Assembly (NCBI GenBank): GCA_964035545.1
Contig: OZ037768.1
Location: 7,410,741-7,474,740 of the forward strand
DNA: 64,000 bases
Direction: 5' to 3'
Origin: Bugula neritina
Lineage: Eukaryota > Animalia > Bryozoa
Made by a program: the position numbers and the translations under genes. Each line of letters starts with the position of its first letter. Within the stretch, counting starts at the first letter, position 1. This document shows positions 39,801-52,900 of the stretch, piece after piece. Under the pieces are notes generated by a model, which had not been told where the DNA came from, did no database searches, and worked only from the letters and a program-made list of their open reading frames with translations.

Positions 39801-41839
39801 TAGTTTACGTAAACACTGATAGTTACACACACTAATATTATATATTAGCCAAATAATTTATAATCAAATGATATTAGTTTTATTCTGAATTGAATTTATG
39901 AAGTCTTACCTGTAGTAAATGCAGCAATATCTGTGTCAGCTGACCATTGTGTACAAAAATCTATTACTTTTTCTGCATTACTTGGTGTCCATGTTGCAAA
40001 CAGAAGTAGCCTGCTTTCAAAGTCTTCATTCATCAAATTATAAAGTGTTTCAGTCCAAAGAGCAATATCTGTCACTGAAGGTTGTGTCTCCGTACGCAAA
40101 CTCAGCTGTCTGATATCACTGTCACGATTGTTGTCTAGTTGAAACTGAACTTTCATAACTAGAGACTGAGATTGGTTCCGTAAAGCTTTCAAATTCTCTC
40201 TGAATAAAAATATAAATCTCCATATGTAAGTAGTGTTGAAACCAAGCTTACCATCTGCCACAATTCAATATTACTGAAATAGTTGAAACTATTTTCTCCT
40301 TTACCTCTTTATTTGTTACAAAAGTACATAGACTAGTAAATGGCATATAATTAAATTTTTCTTTCAAAGGTATGGAGCGCTACCATAATAGTTTAATTAT
40401 AAAATATATTGTATATTGCACAATAAACATGTTGCAATGTGTCAGATCATACAAAGAACTTATTTGTATGTATGTGAAGGTGGTTTAATAATTAAGCACT
40501 ACATTGATTTAAATACTACTAGACCTACATACATCTTGCTCTGTATATCTGTAGCTAGATTCATGATGTTTTCTTGGATGCAGCTGCTTAACTTTACAAC
40601 AACATCAGGATGTTTAACATGAATGACGTGTGAAGATGAAGACACAACCTCAACTGCTTGTAGTTGTTCGCCAAGATTGGTAACTTGAGCGATCAGATCG
40701 GCAGTGAATGTTAGAGCAGACAAATATTTGTCTGCAACTTTTAGCATTTGAGAAAATGTCAACTTAATTTCAGTGAAGTCTTTGCCATTATCTTGCAAAT
40801 GATTTGACATCCTCATACTAAACTCAATACCAAGTTCATATGGTGACTATTCACTTGTGGCCAGACCACTCAGGATTAGCGAATTGCTATTTGTATTAAC
40901 CTGCAAATAAGTTATCAACAAGGTTAGGTAAATTTACTAATTTCATAGTATAGATGCTGTTGTGTATTTAGTGAGTGGTAACAAAAAACATTGCATGAGC
41001 AAATTGTTAATCACTAAGGAAAAAATTATATGAATTTCAGACGACTGGAGCAAACAAATTTTACCATGTTGTTGCAATTGGGTAAATAGTGTATTTCTAT
41101 TGAAATGAGGAGTGTATTTTTGTCTGGGTATATTACAGTCCTAATCTCTGGCTCATCAATAACTAATACACCATTCCACATTTGAATTTAAAGCAAAGCT
41201 AATTTGTGTTCTCTGGATTTTACAGAACTACAGTAATAAAATAACACATTTTATTGATTAGGTGAAGGTGGTCACTTTAGTGCAAGATTGAATTATTTTG
41301 CACTACTTTTTGGCTACTGTGTTTATAAGTCTTGAGTGAAATACCTGCTTTTACACAGCATTTTCTCAGCATGCTTGTACTACACTATGATTAATCAAAA
41401 CAGTAATCATAGTTTTCATTATAATATCACTGTTAACTAATAAGGCTGTTAACAGTGATATTATAATAATAAAATGTAAATAATAATACTTTATTTAAAA
41501 TAGGCTAACTAAAACCATTAAGATTTGTCTAAGAGGGCCAATTACAAAATAAGGTCTACCTCATTACTTAATTAGACCTTTCTAAAACTGCACAGCACAA
41601 CTTGTATAAATCTTATGAGTAGGTATAAAAGGCTAGTCAAAGATGAAGCAACTGTAAGTTGCAGAGAATAAGAGTTTTAGTTTATTTCTAGTGAAGTATC
41701 TCGGAAAGAAGGAGTAAGCAACAGAAAATATAGCAACAAGATCTATGAAATACCAGTAGTTGCTATCAGTTTTACTAAGTTACCGGTAAGCTTTATAAAT
41801 TATATAAGTAGAGCCCAAAGACTAGTACTGTAGTGGTGG

Positions 41840-43030
41840 TGGTGGTGGTGGTAGTGGTAGTAGTAGTAGTAGTAATGGTAGTAGCAGTAGCAGCAGCAGT
41901 AGTAGTAAGCATTAGCAGTAGCAGCAGTAGTAATAGTAGCAGCAGCAGTAGTAGTAAGCATTAGCAGTAGCAGCAGTAGTAATAGTAGCAGTAGTAATAC
42001 TAATAGCAATGCATTTACTAAATTATTCCTTATTGGTATTACTATCATCATTAGCATTACAATTACTATATAATTTGGTTTTGCTATTAAATAATAAATA
42101 AAAATCAATTTTTGATTTTTAATATTTATATTGATAGTCATAGTGATAGTAATAGTTACGATGGTACTGATAGCGATCAAATTGAAAGTAAAATAAAAAT
42201 AAAAACGCGAAACACAAATTATCAAATAATAGTACAGGTACTAGTATTACTAGTACTACTTGTACTGTAGAAGTGATACTAATAGTAATAGTAATACTGA
42301 TAGTACTCTTAGTATTACTACTACCACTCCTACTACTACTACTACTGTACTAGTACTAGTAGTAGTAGTAGTACTAGTACTAGTAGTGTACTTAGAGTTA
42401 CTACTACGTCTACTGGTACTGGTGGTACTACTACTACTTGTATTTCAACTTGAGTTATAGTAAATGACAAAATTGCAAAAGCAAATATCAATGTCAATAT
42501 GATAATTCAATATGATCATAATATTATAATTAATGGTGAAACTGAATATCAAATTCAATATCAATATAGAGTAAGTGTAACTAATAATAGTAATACTATT
42601 ACTATTACTAATAGTAATACTAATAGTTATAGTATTACAGTAAATGTAATACTATTAGTATTACTATTAGTATTAGTAATACTCTCACTAATAGTACCAA
42701 CACTAATAGTAATAGTAATACTAATGTTTAATACAGTAATACTAATAGTATTACTAATACTAATAGTAATACTCAGTAATACTAATAGTAATAGTAATAC
42801 TTTAACTTATAGTTAATGTTATACGTAATCTTATAGTTATAATTCTAAAAAAAAATAATTTACATAGATTTTGAGATAATTTCATCAATGAATGCCCATC
42901 ATTCTGTGGTAATTCAGTTATTAATTAATCACTAATCAGTAAAACTAAATGTAATACATTTATACTAATAATTATAATAATACTAGCAGTAACTGTAACA
43001 TCAACGACAACAGTGTAATCAGTCAGTGTA
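41840..43030. repeat. Compound low-complexity tract (GTA/GCA/GTG/ACT/TAA triplets, AGTAAT hexamers)
   Basis: Interspersed imperfect triplet and hexamer runs; these explain the spurious ORFs at 41800-42816. Confidence 0.9.
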
Positions 43031-43719
43031 ATGGTAAAAGAAAACAAAAATTGGTAATGCGTGCAGAGAATCGTTCTATGAGCAGCTCCGAGTTGGGAGT
43101 GATCGACTGCAATAGCTTGATTTTAACGAGTTTAGTGTCGGGGTTGAAGTTGGAACAACTGACCTAAAAATAAATAATTCTAAACCATTGCACTCAAATA
43201 CCCCCAACTTGAAGCTGTCTATAAATGATTCTTATTTTCTAGCGGTCGGTGTGTTAAATGACCTTTAACCCTTTGATAGCAGTGGGCGATTTGGCCTTCT
43301 CCGCAGTCTGCTACTCCGAATTATTTTATAGACGTATACATTGAACTATAACTATAACTTATAGATTCAGTTCAGTGGACGTATATACATAAATTAGTAT
43401 CATGGCAGTTACGGTGTTTGGTCCATAGCAAGTGTATGCATTGATATAAAAGCTTGAAAATTACAAATATTTCACTTATAGCAAGAGCTAGATTAAAAAT
43501 AAAATTAGAGAGTCTATGAGGCAAATTAGAAAAATCTAAAGTGGGAACTACAGTTAATTTCTAAATTATGGTAACTTACTTTGACACAGAAATTTATCCT
43601 AGTGTGAGCTTTGATATTTTATGTGCTTCAAATAACTAGAAAAAACTCTTTGTTTGATTACCAATAAAGTCAGAGAATATAAAATTTAAGTTTTGGTTGT
43701 TGAAGCTGTGAAATATGTA

Positions 43720-45490
43720 CAGTGCTGTGAAAAAGTTTAAGGACGCCTCACTGTTTTCCATAATAGCAATGTTCCAAGCTAATTTTAAGACATAACAAAA
43801 GCATATCCATAGGCATGATGCCTATCAGAATGATCCTTAAGGTCTCCTTATTTCATTTATATAAATTATTAGTCTCTCTTTTCACTTCCTCCCAAAATTT
43901 GGGTGAAACAATGAGATCCTATGTATATATGGGAATTTTTCGATCTCTTCACAATTTGTGTGTACTGTAGGATATCAGAATATTTTACTTGAAACATAGA
44001 AAAATATTACATGTGAATTGTTATACACATTATAGCAGCATTGCAACACACAGTGCTTTAAATTTTAGTATTAATGTTTTGTTGGCCAGCCTTTATTCTC
44101 AATCACAAGTCGACAGTGAGGAGGCATCGACTCGTACAGCTTCTCCAACTCGTTTTCAGTCACCACATGATACCATGCATGAATTACAGGCTCTATGAGT
44201 GTCACCTTAGTTGTTGGTTTCTGTGAAGAGACTATTTTAGCCATTCTTGATCATGAATTTCTTATTGGGTTCAAGTCCCGGCTGTGTGCTGGCCAGTTAA
44301 GCGTTGAGACCCTCTGCTTTTTCATCCACTCTTCAACAGATTTTGCCCAATGGCATGGTGCATTGTCATCTTCAAATATGTTAATTTTATTTAAAAAAAA
44401 GTTTTTTGTGATTGGAAGAAGTTTAGCATTGAGATTCTCCATATATTTTTGAGCATTAACATCATTCCAGAGCAATTAATGAGACAACCTACACCTTTTG
44501 ATGTTATACAACCCCAGAACATAACACCGATAGGGTGCTTAATTGTTCGAAGAATACATTAGGGGTTATATTTCTCATACTGGTATCTTCTAACAAAACA
44601 GTTTCCAGCTTGATTGTTCACATTAATTGTAGATTCATCTAAAATAATCAGTTTTTTTCTAAGCACTCACTGTCTAACTACCATGCTCCTTGGCCCACCG
44701 TAGCCGGTTTTTTGCTACTTCTCGGTTAGTAGAGGCTTCCTTCTTGCTTTGCAGCCACGTAGACCATGGCTCAGCAATCTTCGCATTATCTGGGATGTCA
44801 AAGCTGCTGTTCCTGTTGATTCTGAGCATTCTTTGCCAACTCAGAACTTGTTTTATGACGATCCTTCTTGCTGATCATAATGAGAACCTTGTCATCTCTG
44901 GGTGTGCTTATTCTTGGTCGTCCACTTCCGGGTTGATCTGCTACACTGCCAGTCTCCATAAACTTCTTGATAATTTGATGTACAGTTGTCTTTGCTTTGC
45001 CAACCTTTTCAGATAATTTCCTAATTGCATAACCTTCGTTATGCAAGAAAATTATTACAAACCTTGCTTTTGAAGTAAGATTTACAGCTCTCATTTTGTC
45101 TATGCGCAGCACCTAAGTGGACACCATGTAAAAGCTTAAAACTGAATGACAGATTTTAAATTATGGAGAAAGTCATACTTTATGATATCATGATGCCATG
45201 CACATATAAAATTTCACTGTTTAGCCTTTTGTGGTTATCAGAAGCGATAAACTTTGGAAACATAAAAACACAGGAGTTGCGCTTTCCTAGCTGCTTGTGT
45301 AGTTAGCCCAAAAATGGGTAGAAAAAATTACAGCAGTAGAAATTTATGAAGTGGAAATTGTAGTGCACATTCTAAGGATCATTTTGATATATAGAACTTG
45401 CAGGAAAATACTAAGAACCTCTAAAAAATGCCTATTAAACAAGATACATAGAAATTTCTGCAAGCGTCCTTAAACTTTTTCACAGCACTG
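43720..45490 (-). mobile_element. Tc1/mariner DNA transposon, full length (1771 bp), degenerate transposase
   Basis: Perfect 27-bp TIRs CAGTGCTGTGAAAAAGTTTAAGGACGC (43720-43746, 45464-45490) flanked by TA. Broken minus-strand transposase with HTH (GSGRPR), DES, DDNAPCH and WPAHSRDLNPI motifs; frameshifts and stops present and the catalytic Glu is missing. Confidence 0.95.
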
Positions 45491-46946
45491 TACATGTGTA
45501 GCGTATTGAAAATTATGTTTCATATTTTTCAAACCACCTAATATTTGTTATAATGTAACATTAGTCCTAGCTAGTGAGCTAAATGATTTTACAATAACTT
45601 TTTATATGCAGGTGTAATTGTGCAATCTGTGAAACTTTAATCTTTTCAGCTGCATTACCTTTTTAAATATACATATTTCAACATTGCAATAAAATTATAG
45701 TCATGTTTACACTTAAGCATAAATTTTCTCTTTCTCTCTCCTTTTTTCTTCTACAGTATATATTCTTACTATTGTATAGTTAAGTAAAATAGGGTAAGTA
45801 TATAAGGTATATAAGGTATCCAGGGTATAGCATTTATAAAATGTCACATTTATAAATATATTTACTTATGAAGTATAGCCACCTGCTGGTTCATTAAATT
45901 CAATAGACAAAAGATTAATAAAGCAATAAGAATACAAAACAATAACATCCATGGCTGAGTTACCTAATTGAAAATGTCATATGTCACAGTTTAACTTTTC
46001 CCTTTCACTGAATATGAATAGTATTCAATTCAGCATGAGTGAAGCCCTTTCAGAAATGGTTTATGCCATAAATCATAGTATTATATAATACACAGTAATG
46101 GTATATACACTGCAAATAGTATAATGTTGACTATTATTCAATCAATTCCTCACAAACTTCATATACGCTCTCTTTAACAGTTTTAAGTGCAGTAACTAAG
46201 GTTTTGTGACTTATTTTTGCTGTTGCCATCTACATGCAATTGGCAGTAAAACATTCATTTTCTCATAAAGAAGGCAGGTAGGCACTTTGCATTTAGCCGC
46301 TATTAGAATATTTATTTCTTGTTAATGCCATTCCACTCTTTTAGCATATATAGTAGCTCCAAATATTCTAGTCTGTACTGTATTTTACTATATTATGAGC
46401 AAAATTGTATGAGCATAAACAAATTAAGTTTATCTGTTGTCTCATAGATTCTCTTCAAGTCATTTATTACATAAACTTATGTTGTAAAAGCTCCTTATTT
46501 ATAAGATTTTTGTGGGCTGTCATTATTTCATACATATAGGCTGATACTTTTTCATTCTGCCATTAGTTTAGCCTGTAATATGGTCAGTATTTGTAAAGGC
46601 TGTATTACATTACTGTCCCCATATGTATGTCCAGAAAGTTACCATAACTTAATTATTCAGAGAAACTTAACAATATACTTAGATATTATCTCCATGGCCC
46701 ATGCTCTGTATTATGCAATGGATCTTTCATTCAACATCATAGGATACCTTCAATCGAATAAAACCACAGACACAACCCTAGGTTAATGCCAGTTGGAACC
46801 AAAAATCCATCCTGTATAGATCCATTCGAGTCATGGGAACGTAATGGATATCTCTTGATCTACCTGTCATATATGCACTGTTATTGTTTAAGTTCACCAG
46901 TTAGCTGATTTTCCAGCTCGTGCAGTAGCAAGCAGCCCTGATTATC

Positions 46947-49900
46947 ATGTTAAAGTCTCACTTACCAACACAAAAAGAACTTCGAGATTTATACAAAGAA
47001 GTTGAAAGTTTGAGGAAAGACAAAAAACTCAAGGATGATACCATAAAATTCTTGCAAAAGGAAAAAGAAGCATTACGGCATGAGGTGAAATATTTCCATT
47101 ATCTCACTATGTTACTATATGCACAATGTAGTGTTTGTATAATCATAGCCAGCTGTAGGTTGCAATTGCAGTTTATAGTATACATATTTTAATATGAAAA
47201 ATCAGCTTGGGAGAGGAGAGTAAGCCTAGGGCCACACGGCGCGTATTTTCGCATGCGAAAATTGAAATCACAAGTAGCAAAGGTGTCCACTGTAGCGTTA
47301 GTGATGCGTGATAAATAAAGCTTTCATTTTTAAATCGCACTCGCTTTCAATAAAACGCAATTTACTGGAATGTAGCACTAAAATAAAGAAGTTGGGCTCG
47401 CTGAATAACTATCAGCCAATCAGGTGACGACGACAGAGACGATTCGCACTTGCATTGAGAATGCAGAGCGACAAGTGCGAAGGTTTTCTCAACGCGCCCA
47501 GTGGACACCTTTGCTACTTGTGATTTCAATTTTCGCATGCGAAAATACGCACAGTGTGGCCCTAGGCTAAGATTATGTAAGGATATCCTTGTAGCGTTGA
47601 TGCAGCTTTTATGTTGCAGCAATAAGTATATAGTGGGCTTTTGCTGCATTATAAAATAACTGGAGATGTATTTGTTTTAACCAACTTAGTGTTCAATGCA
47701 CCCGGAATAATATACACTACAATGTATGAGGACAATATCAATGTTAAAAAAGGCATAATTTAAGCTCCCTTAATGCATTGATGGAGTACTTCCTTTTCAA
47801 ACTTTTTTTGATAATGTACAAAATATTCAAAACTGAATAGACTTTGCAATATTTAAATTTTCTAAAGACATAAATATGTAATCGTAAAGTGAAACTATAG
47901 TTTCTACTATGTTAAACTCAAAAATGTTTAGTTGAATATCTTATAATATTTTATCCTCTTTCTTTTTTCTGGCAGCCGCAACCTTTCATTTTACTACTTA
48001 ATTATTATTGTCACCCACAAGTTGACCTAGGTACAATGCAGTGTCTTAAAAGTGCTGTTCTAAGTGTAGATAGTGAATAAACATTTCAAATAACTTGACT
48101 GGGTCTTTTATTACCTTGGTGTAATTTGATATTTTTATTATGCAACATATTAAACACAGTTATTAATGTTGACACTAATAACAAAAACTTTAGTTTGATA
48201 AATTTCAAAGTTGTTATTATAAACATGCTGCAAAACTTCAAAGAACTGATGATTATATTATATTAGCAACTTCTACACTATTCATTTAATTTAAATTATT
48301 GACATGATTTGTTTAGATCTCTCATTAACCAAATTTGTGATTTCTACTGGGGTAAATTTAGAAAGAAATTTAGAACTAGATAAATAAGAAAACACAACAT
48401 AAATCATAACATAAAATAACAATACATAACATACTTAATAAAATATATCAAAAATTTTATGGTGTGTCATATTGTTGCTTATATTTTAAGGATTGTTTAA
48501 TTTTAGCATAATTATTGAGCTCAATGGATGAGTTTTATCCCTAATGGCTTCTTGATTATAGTACTCCTCCCCAGTATTATAAAAGCGTATTTTGATTGTT
48601 GGAAGGTAGATTTTCTTTCTAAGATGTATTTGGTGCAGTAATTATCAGCAAAGATTTAGGGATTTTTACAAGCTTGTCTATATGTTCTCTGAGCAGGCTG
48701 AACCATGCTGGGCTGCATGCAATATCAATGGTAATAATGTAACAAACAAAATGTCAGCAACTAGACACTTCGCTTGCTTCATTCTCTTTGGCCTTTGCAT
48801 GCCGTAGATTTTAACACTTTTACTCATGGCAATATCTTTGGCATGTTCTGAAAATGCCAGCTTACTGTCTAAAATAAACCAAGGAGTTTAGTCCTGTCAC
48901 ATGATTGAATACTGTCTGCTATGAAGTAGTAGTTGTCATCAGACCTCATATAACCTTATCGGTCAGACGATCATCAATTTAATGTTGGTGTTTGCTGCAT
49001 GTTTTCATATTCATTCCACTTTATCGCGTGTAGTTGAGAAACATTATTAATGCATTGATTATTGTTAGTCACACGTCAAAACAGACACCAACATAATAAT
49101 TATATTACAATTTCTGTGAGATAAATATTGTGAATTACTTTACATTTTCAACTGTTCATCTGTAATATTGTTTTGTCTAATTATAGTTGAAGCACTACGA
49201 GCAATTGTGTGAAGGAGTTGTTACAGACATTACATCTCAAAGGGAGTTGGAGACTCAAAACAAACAGCTACAGGCAGATATTCTTCATTTAAAGGTAATA
49301 TTTGCAGCTATCCAACAACTTGATGCCCATAATATATAATATTTCTCTAGATTTTTAATGGCTAATAATGCTCTGCACATATTTATGATAACATTCTATT
49401 AAATATATTCTTTTGACAGCAGATAATTAGGGTGACATAGACATGTATATTATGTACTTCTGCATCTTGCTTCTTTAAATCTGAGTATCTGACCAATCAA
49501 CATTACTTATATATTTAGAAAAGAACACATTTAGGTAACTTGAAAATTATGTAAAAGTTAAAAGTGGACGTATAGTTACTACATAGCATATATTAAAATA
49601 GTATAGCATACTGAACAGCTAGCATGCACAGCATATTCTATGGGGTCTTTTGAACATGCCATTACCTGCTGGTTTGTATTATTTGTCCAGCTAGTGTTTG
49701 TTTTAGGATGTTATAAAGAGACAGAATACACTATTGCGAAACACTGGCTCTTCTGGGAATACGCTGCTAGACAGGCAGCTGGTTGCCAGACTATGTGGTA
49801 ATATCATGTCATCACTCAGAGCTCTCAATACCAGTATGAGGTTGGTGTACAGTCATCTCAGCTCTATAAGTTAAAGTCTTCTCTATCATAGCTCACTGCA

Positions 49901-52900
49901 TACCATTCTTAGAACTGAAATATGTAGATTATATACAGTCAGCTACTAAAATATTAGAAAATAAACAAACCAAAATTATTCTTCAATAATGTGCTTTGTA
50001 TTTTGATGATTTTTTGTTTTTGTTTGTTAATTTTAAATTACTTTTTTGCAGCTATACATAGTATTCACTATAACATAGCTGAAAGAATAAGTATTGCTCC
50101 CACAAAACTTCTATTATAAAACTATGTTGCTAAAACATAGTAGCCTACAAGTTTAAATATGAAAATTCAAAGCACAAGTACTCAAATATAATAATAGTTT
50201 GGCATGTCGCGGCATCACATACAATGCTATTGAAATAATTAAAAGGTATATTCATATTTATATTGTGTTTTACTGGTACAGTGCTCAAGTTTGTGAAGAA
50301 GTTGAACATCAAAGAGAAATATTCGAAAGATCCACCTCCAAGAAAATAGAGACAATGTGGCATTTTCTTGAAATCATCGACAGGGCTTTGATAGAATTGA
50401 AATCTGTTGATTCCAGGTATATACATTATATGGCATATTATTCCAGGTATATACATTATATGGCATATTATTCCAGGTATATACATTATATGGCACATTA
50501 TTCCAGGTATATACATTATATGGCATATTATTCCAGGTATATACATTATATGGCACATTATTCCAGGTATATACATTATATGGCATATTATTCCAGGTAT
50601 ATACATTATATGGCATATCATTCCAGGTATATATATTATATGGCACATTATTCCAGGTATATACATTATATGACACATTATTCCAGGTATATACATTATA
50701 TGGCATATTATTCCAGGTATATACATTATATGGCATATTATTCCAGGTATATATATTATATGGCACATTATTCCAGGTATATACATTATATGGCATATTA
50801 TTCCAGGTATATATATTATATGGCACATTATTCCAGGTATATACATTATATGGCACATTATTCCAGGTATATACATTATATGGCATATTATTCCAGGTAT
50901 ATACATTATATGGCATATCATCAGGTATATACATTATATGACACATTATCAGTAACAATAACAGCTGACATTTTCGTGGCAGATGCAAGTTTTCTTCTTT
51001 TTTTGAGCATTCACTTAAAAGAAAAGCAATAATGCAAAATAATGTAAATGAGCTAAAAATATTGAGTTATTTTGATTCTAGTTTTATACTTTTTTATAAG
51101 GTTTTTAAACTGTTAAATGAATATTAAGTAAATACCCAGTTCATATGGCAAGAGATTTTCGGTTGATGTTTGTGTGCTTATTACATGTTGACTAATAGAG
51201 TGCGGCGTAGAGTTGCCTGGATACTGGTAATGCTGTGCAGTTTTGTGAAGTCACCATTATAGCTAATGAGGATGAATGCTACACAAAGCACATTTAAAAC
51301 ACACTATATGATATATATTCAGAGCTGTGTAAATAATATAACTACTTAACCTAAGAACTAGACTTCTAATTATAAAACTTAATAAACAAAGGCTAATGAG
51401 ATATTAATAAAGGTATTTTTATGTGAATTTCAAATTATTAAACTTAATATGGTATTCACCATATTAATTTTTTAACAATTGCATATCTTATATGAGCTCT
51501 AAAGTACTAAAGAATTAGCAAGTAGAAAAAATTGAATTAACTTTCTTTGCATGCAGTTCGGCTTACTAATTTTTCTCAAATACCAACATATATATATATA
51601 ATATAACTTTCAGCCTATATTACATATATCTTTTAAGCCTGTGAACATGTTATTCAAGTATAACTTGAGACATATTATGCTTATAACAAAGAGCGAAGTG
51701 TCAGTAGACACCATGTCACACAAGTATAACTTAAAACATATTATGTGTTTTACAGAAGTCAAAACCTGCCTGACATTAGTCAACCAGTTCCTCCCCCAAA
51801 GTATGGTAAAAGTAGTGGTAGCTATGGCCAAGCGGCTGCAGAATCTAGCATTAGAGAACCCCAAACTAATCTTGCAAAGATGAACAGCTCCTCAATGGCA
51901 AATCTGTCATACTCAAATGAAACTCTGTTGATTGCGGGACATGCCAGAAGACGCCCTACCAACAATTCTAATAAACTTGGTAAACTTGGCAAACTGGAGA
52001 GAAGTAGAAGTGCACCATCATTGAATGGTGAGTAGATAAGATATGATGATTCTATAATGAATTATAAAATCCTTAATAGGTATTGATTTTGTTTGTCTTG
52101 CAAAGCTTTCACATTTTGAGACGGACACTCGCTGTTGTTGAGTGTTGAAATATAAATATGTATAAGATTTCATCTAGTAAAAATTGATCTATGTAATATT
52201 ATTTAAGCAAATTGATAAAACATAGCACACATATATATTCACGTGTATTTTAATTATGGAATGATATTGCTAATTAAGAATTTTCTCATAAGAATGTTAA
52301 TTATACATACAAATGCATATGGATGTGCAGGCACACATGCACTCGCTTGCGCGCGCGTGTATGCGCATGCATACGTGCATGAATGTGCGTGCATGTGTGT
52401 GTGTGCAAAACAAAATAGCTAAACTAATTGAAGTTACTCTGTTGTAGTAACTAGTGCTTTCATTATAAAAATCTGCAAACCTCATAAATTGCTATATTTG
52501 TTCAATTTGAGATGATATACTATCTCTTGCTAAGATAATAATAATTTCAGATATTCAGCTACACTGACTATTTTCTAGGTGTTGACAAAAGAAAGCATCT
52601 ACTTTCAACTCTTAAGTCAATGCCTACCACATCAACAGACATGGTTCAAACTACCATATTAACCATATAAATACCTAACTGCACATGTTCCCATTATAGA
52701 CGTGTATGCAGAAGTTATTTTTAACCTTGACTCTTACCCATTTACTACTAACATAATTAATATACTCTATGTTCCAATATAACAATAGCAACCTTATTAC
52801 TGAAATTATAAACTCCCGAGTGTCTAATATTTGTTGTAGGATTTGTTCCCCGCCCTCCTCCTACGGCACCGCCTTCACGTTCAAATGTTTACAGATCCTC

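Larger units (their letters stand above)
39655..43162 (-). pseudogene. Probable unprocessed pseudogene of an unidentified protein
   Basis: Phase-consistent exons at 41227-41065, 40900-40533 and 40199-39910, then an acceptor at 39706-39707. In-frame TAA (41190-41188) and TAG (40849-40847). Further decayed exon-like segments lie near 41560-41742 and 43060-43162. Confidence 0.55.

Noticed and set aside
41800-42816. ORFs with poly-L/T/Y/H or transmembrane-like runs
   Set aside because: Translations of simple triplet and hexamer repeats with no splice or homology support.
39655-43350. Stop-codon reassignment (TAR = Gln) to explain in-frame stops
   Set aside because: Neighbouring intact genes terminate at TAA and have no internal stops; frameshifts also occur here, which favours pseudogenisation.
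50145-51032. Long overlapping ORFs on both strands (258, 277, 204 and 88 aa)
   Set aside because: Produced by a stop-poor 30-bp minisatellite; only 50282-50416 has independent exon support.
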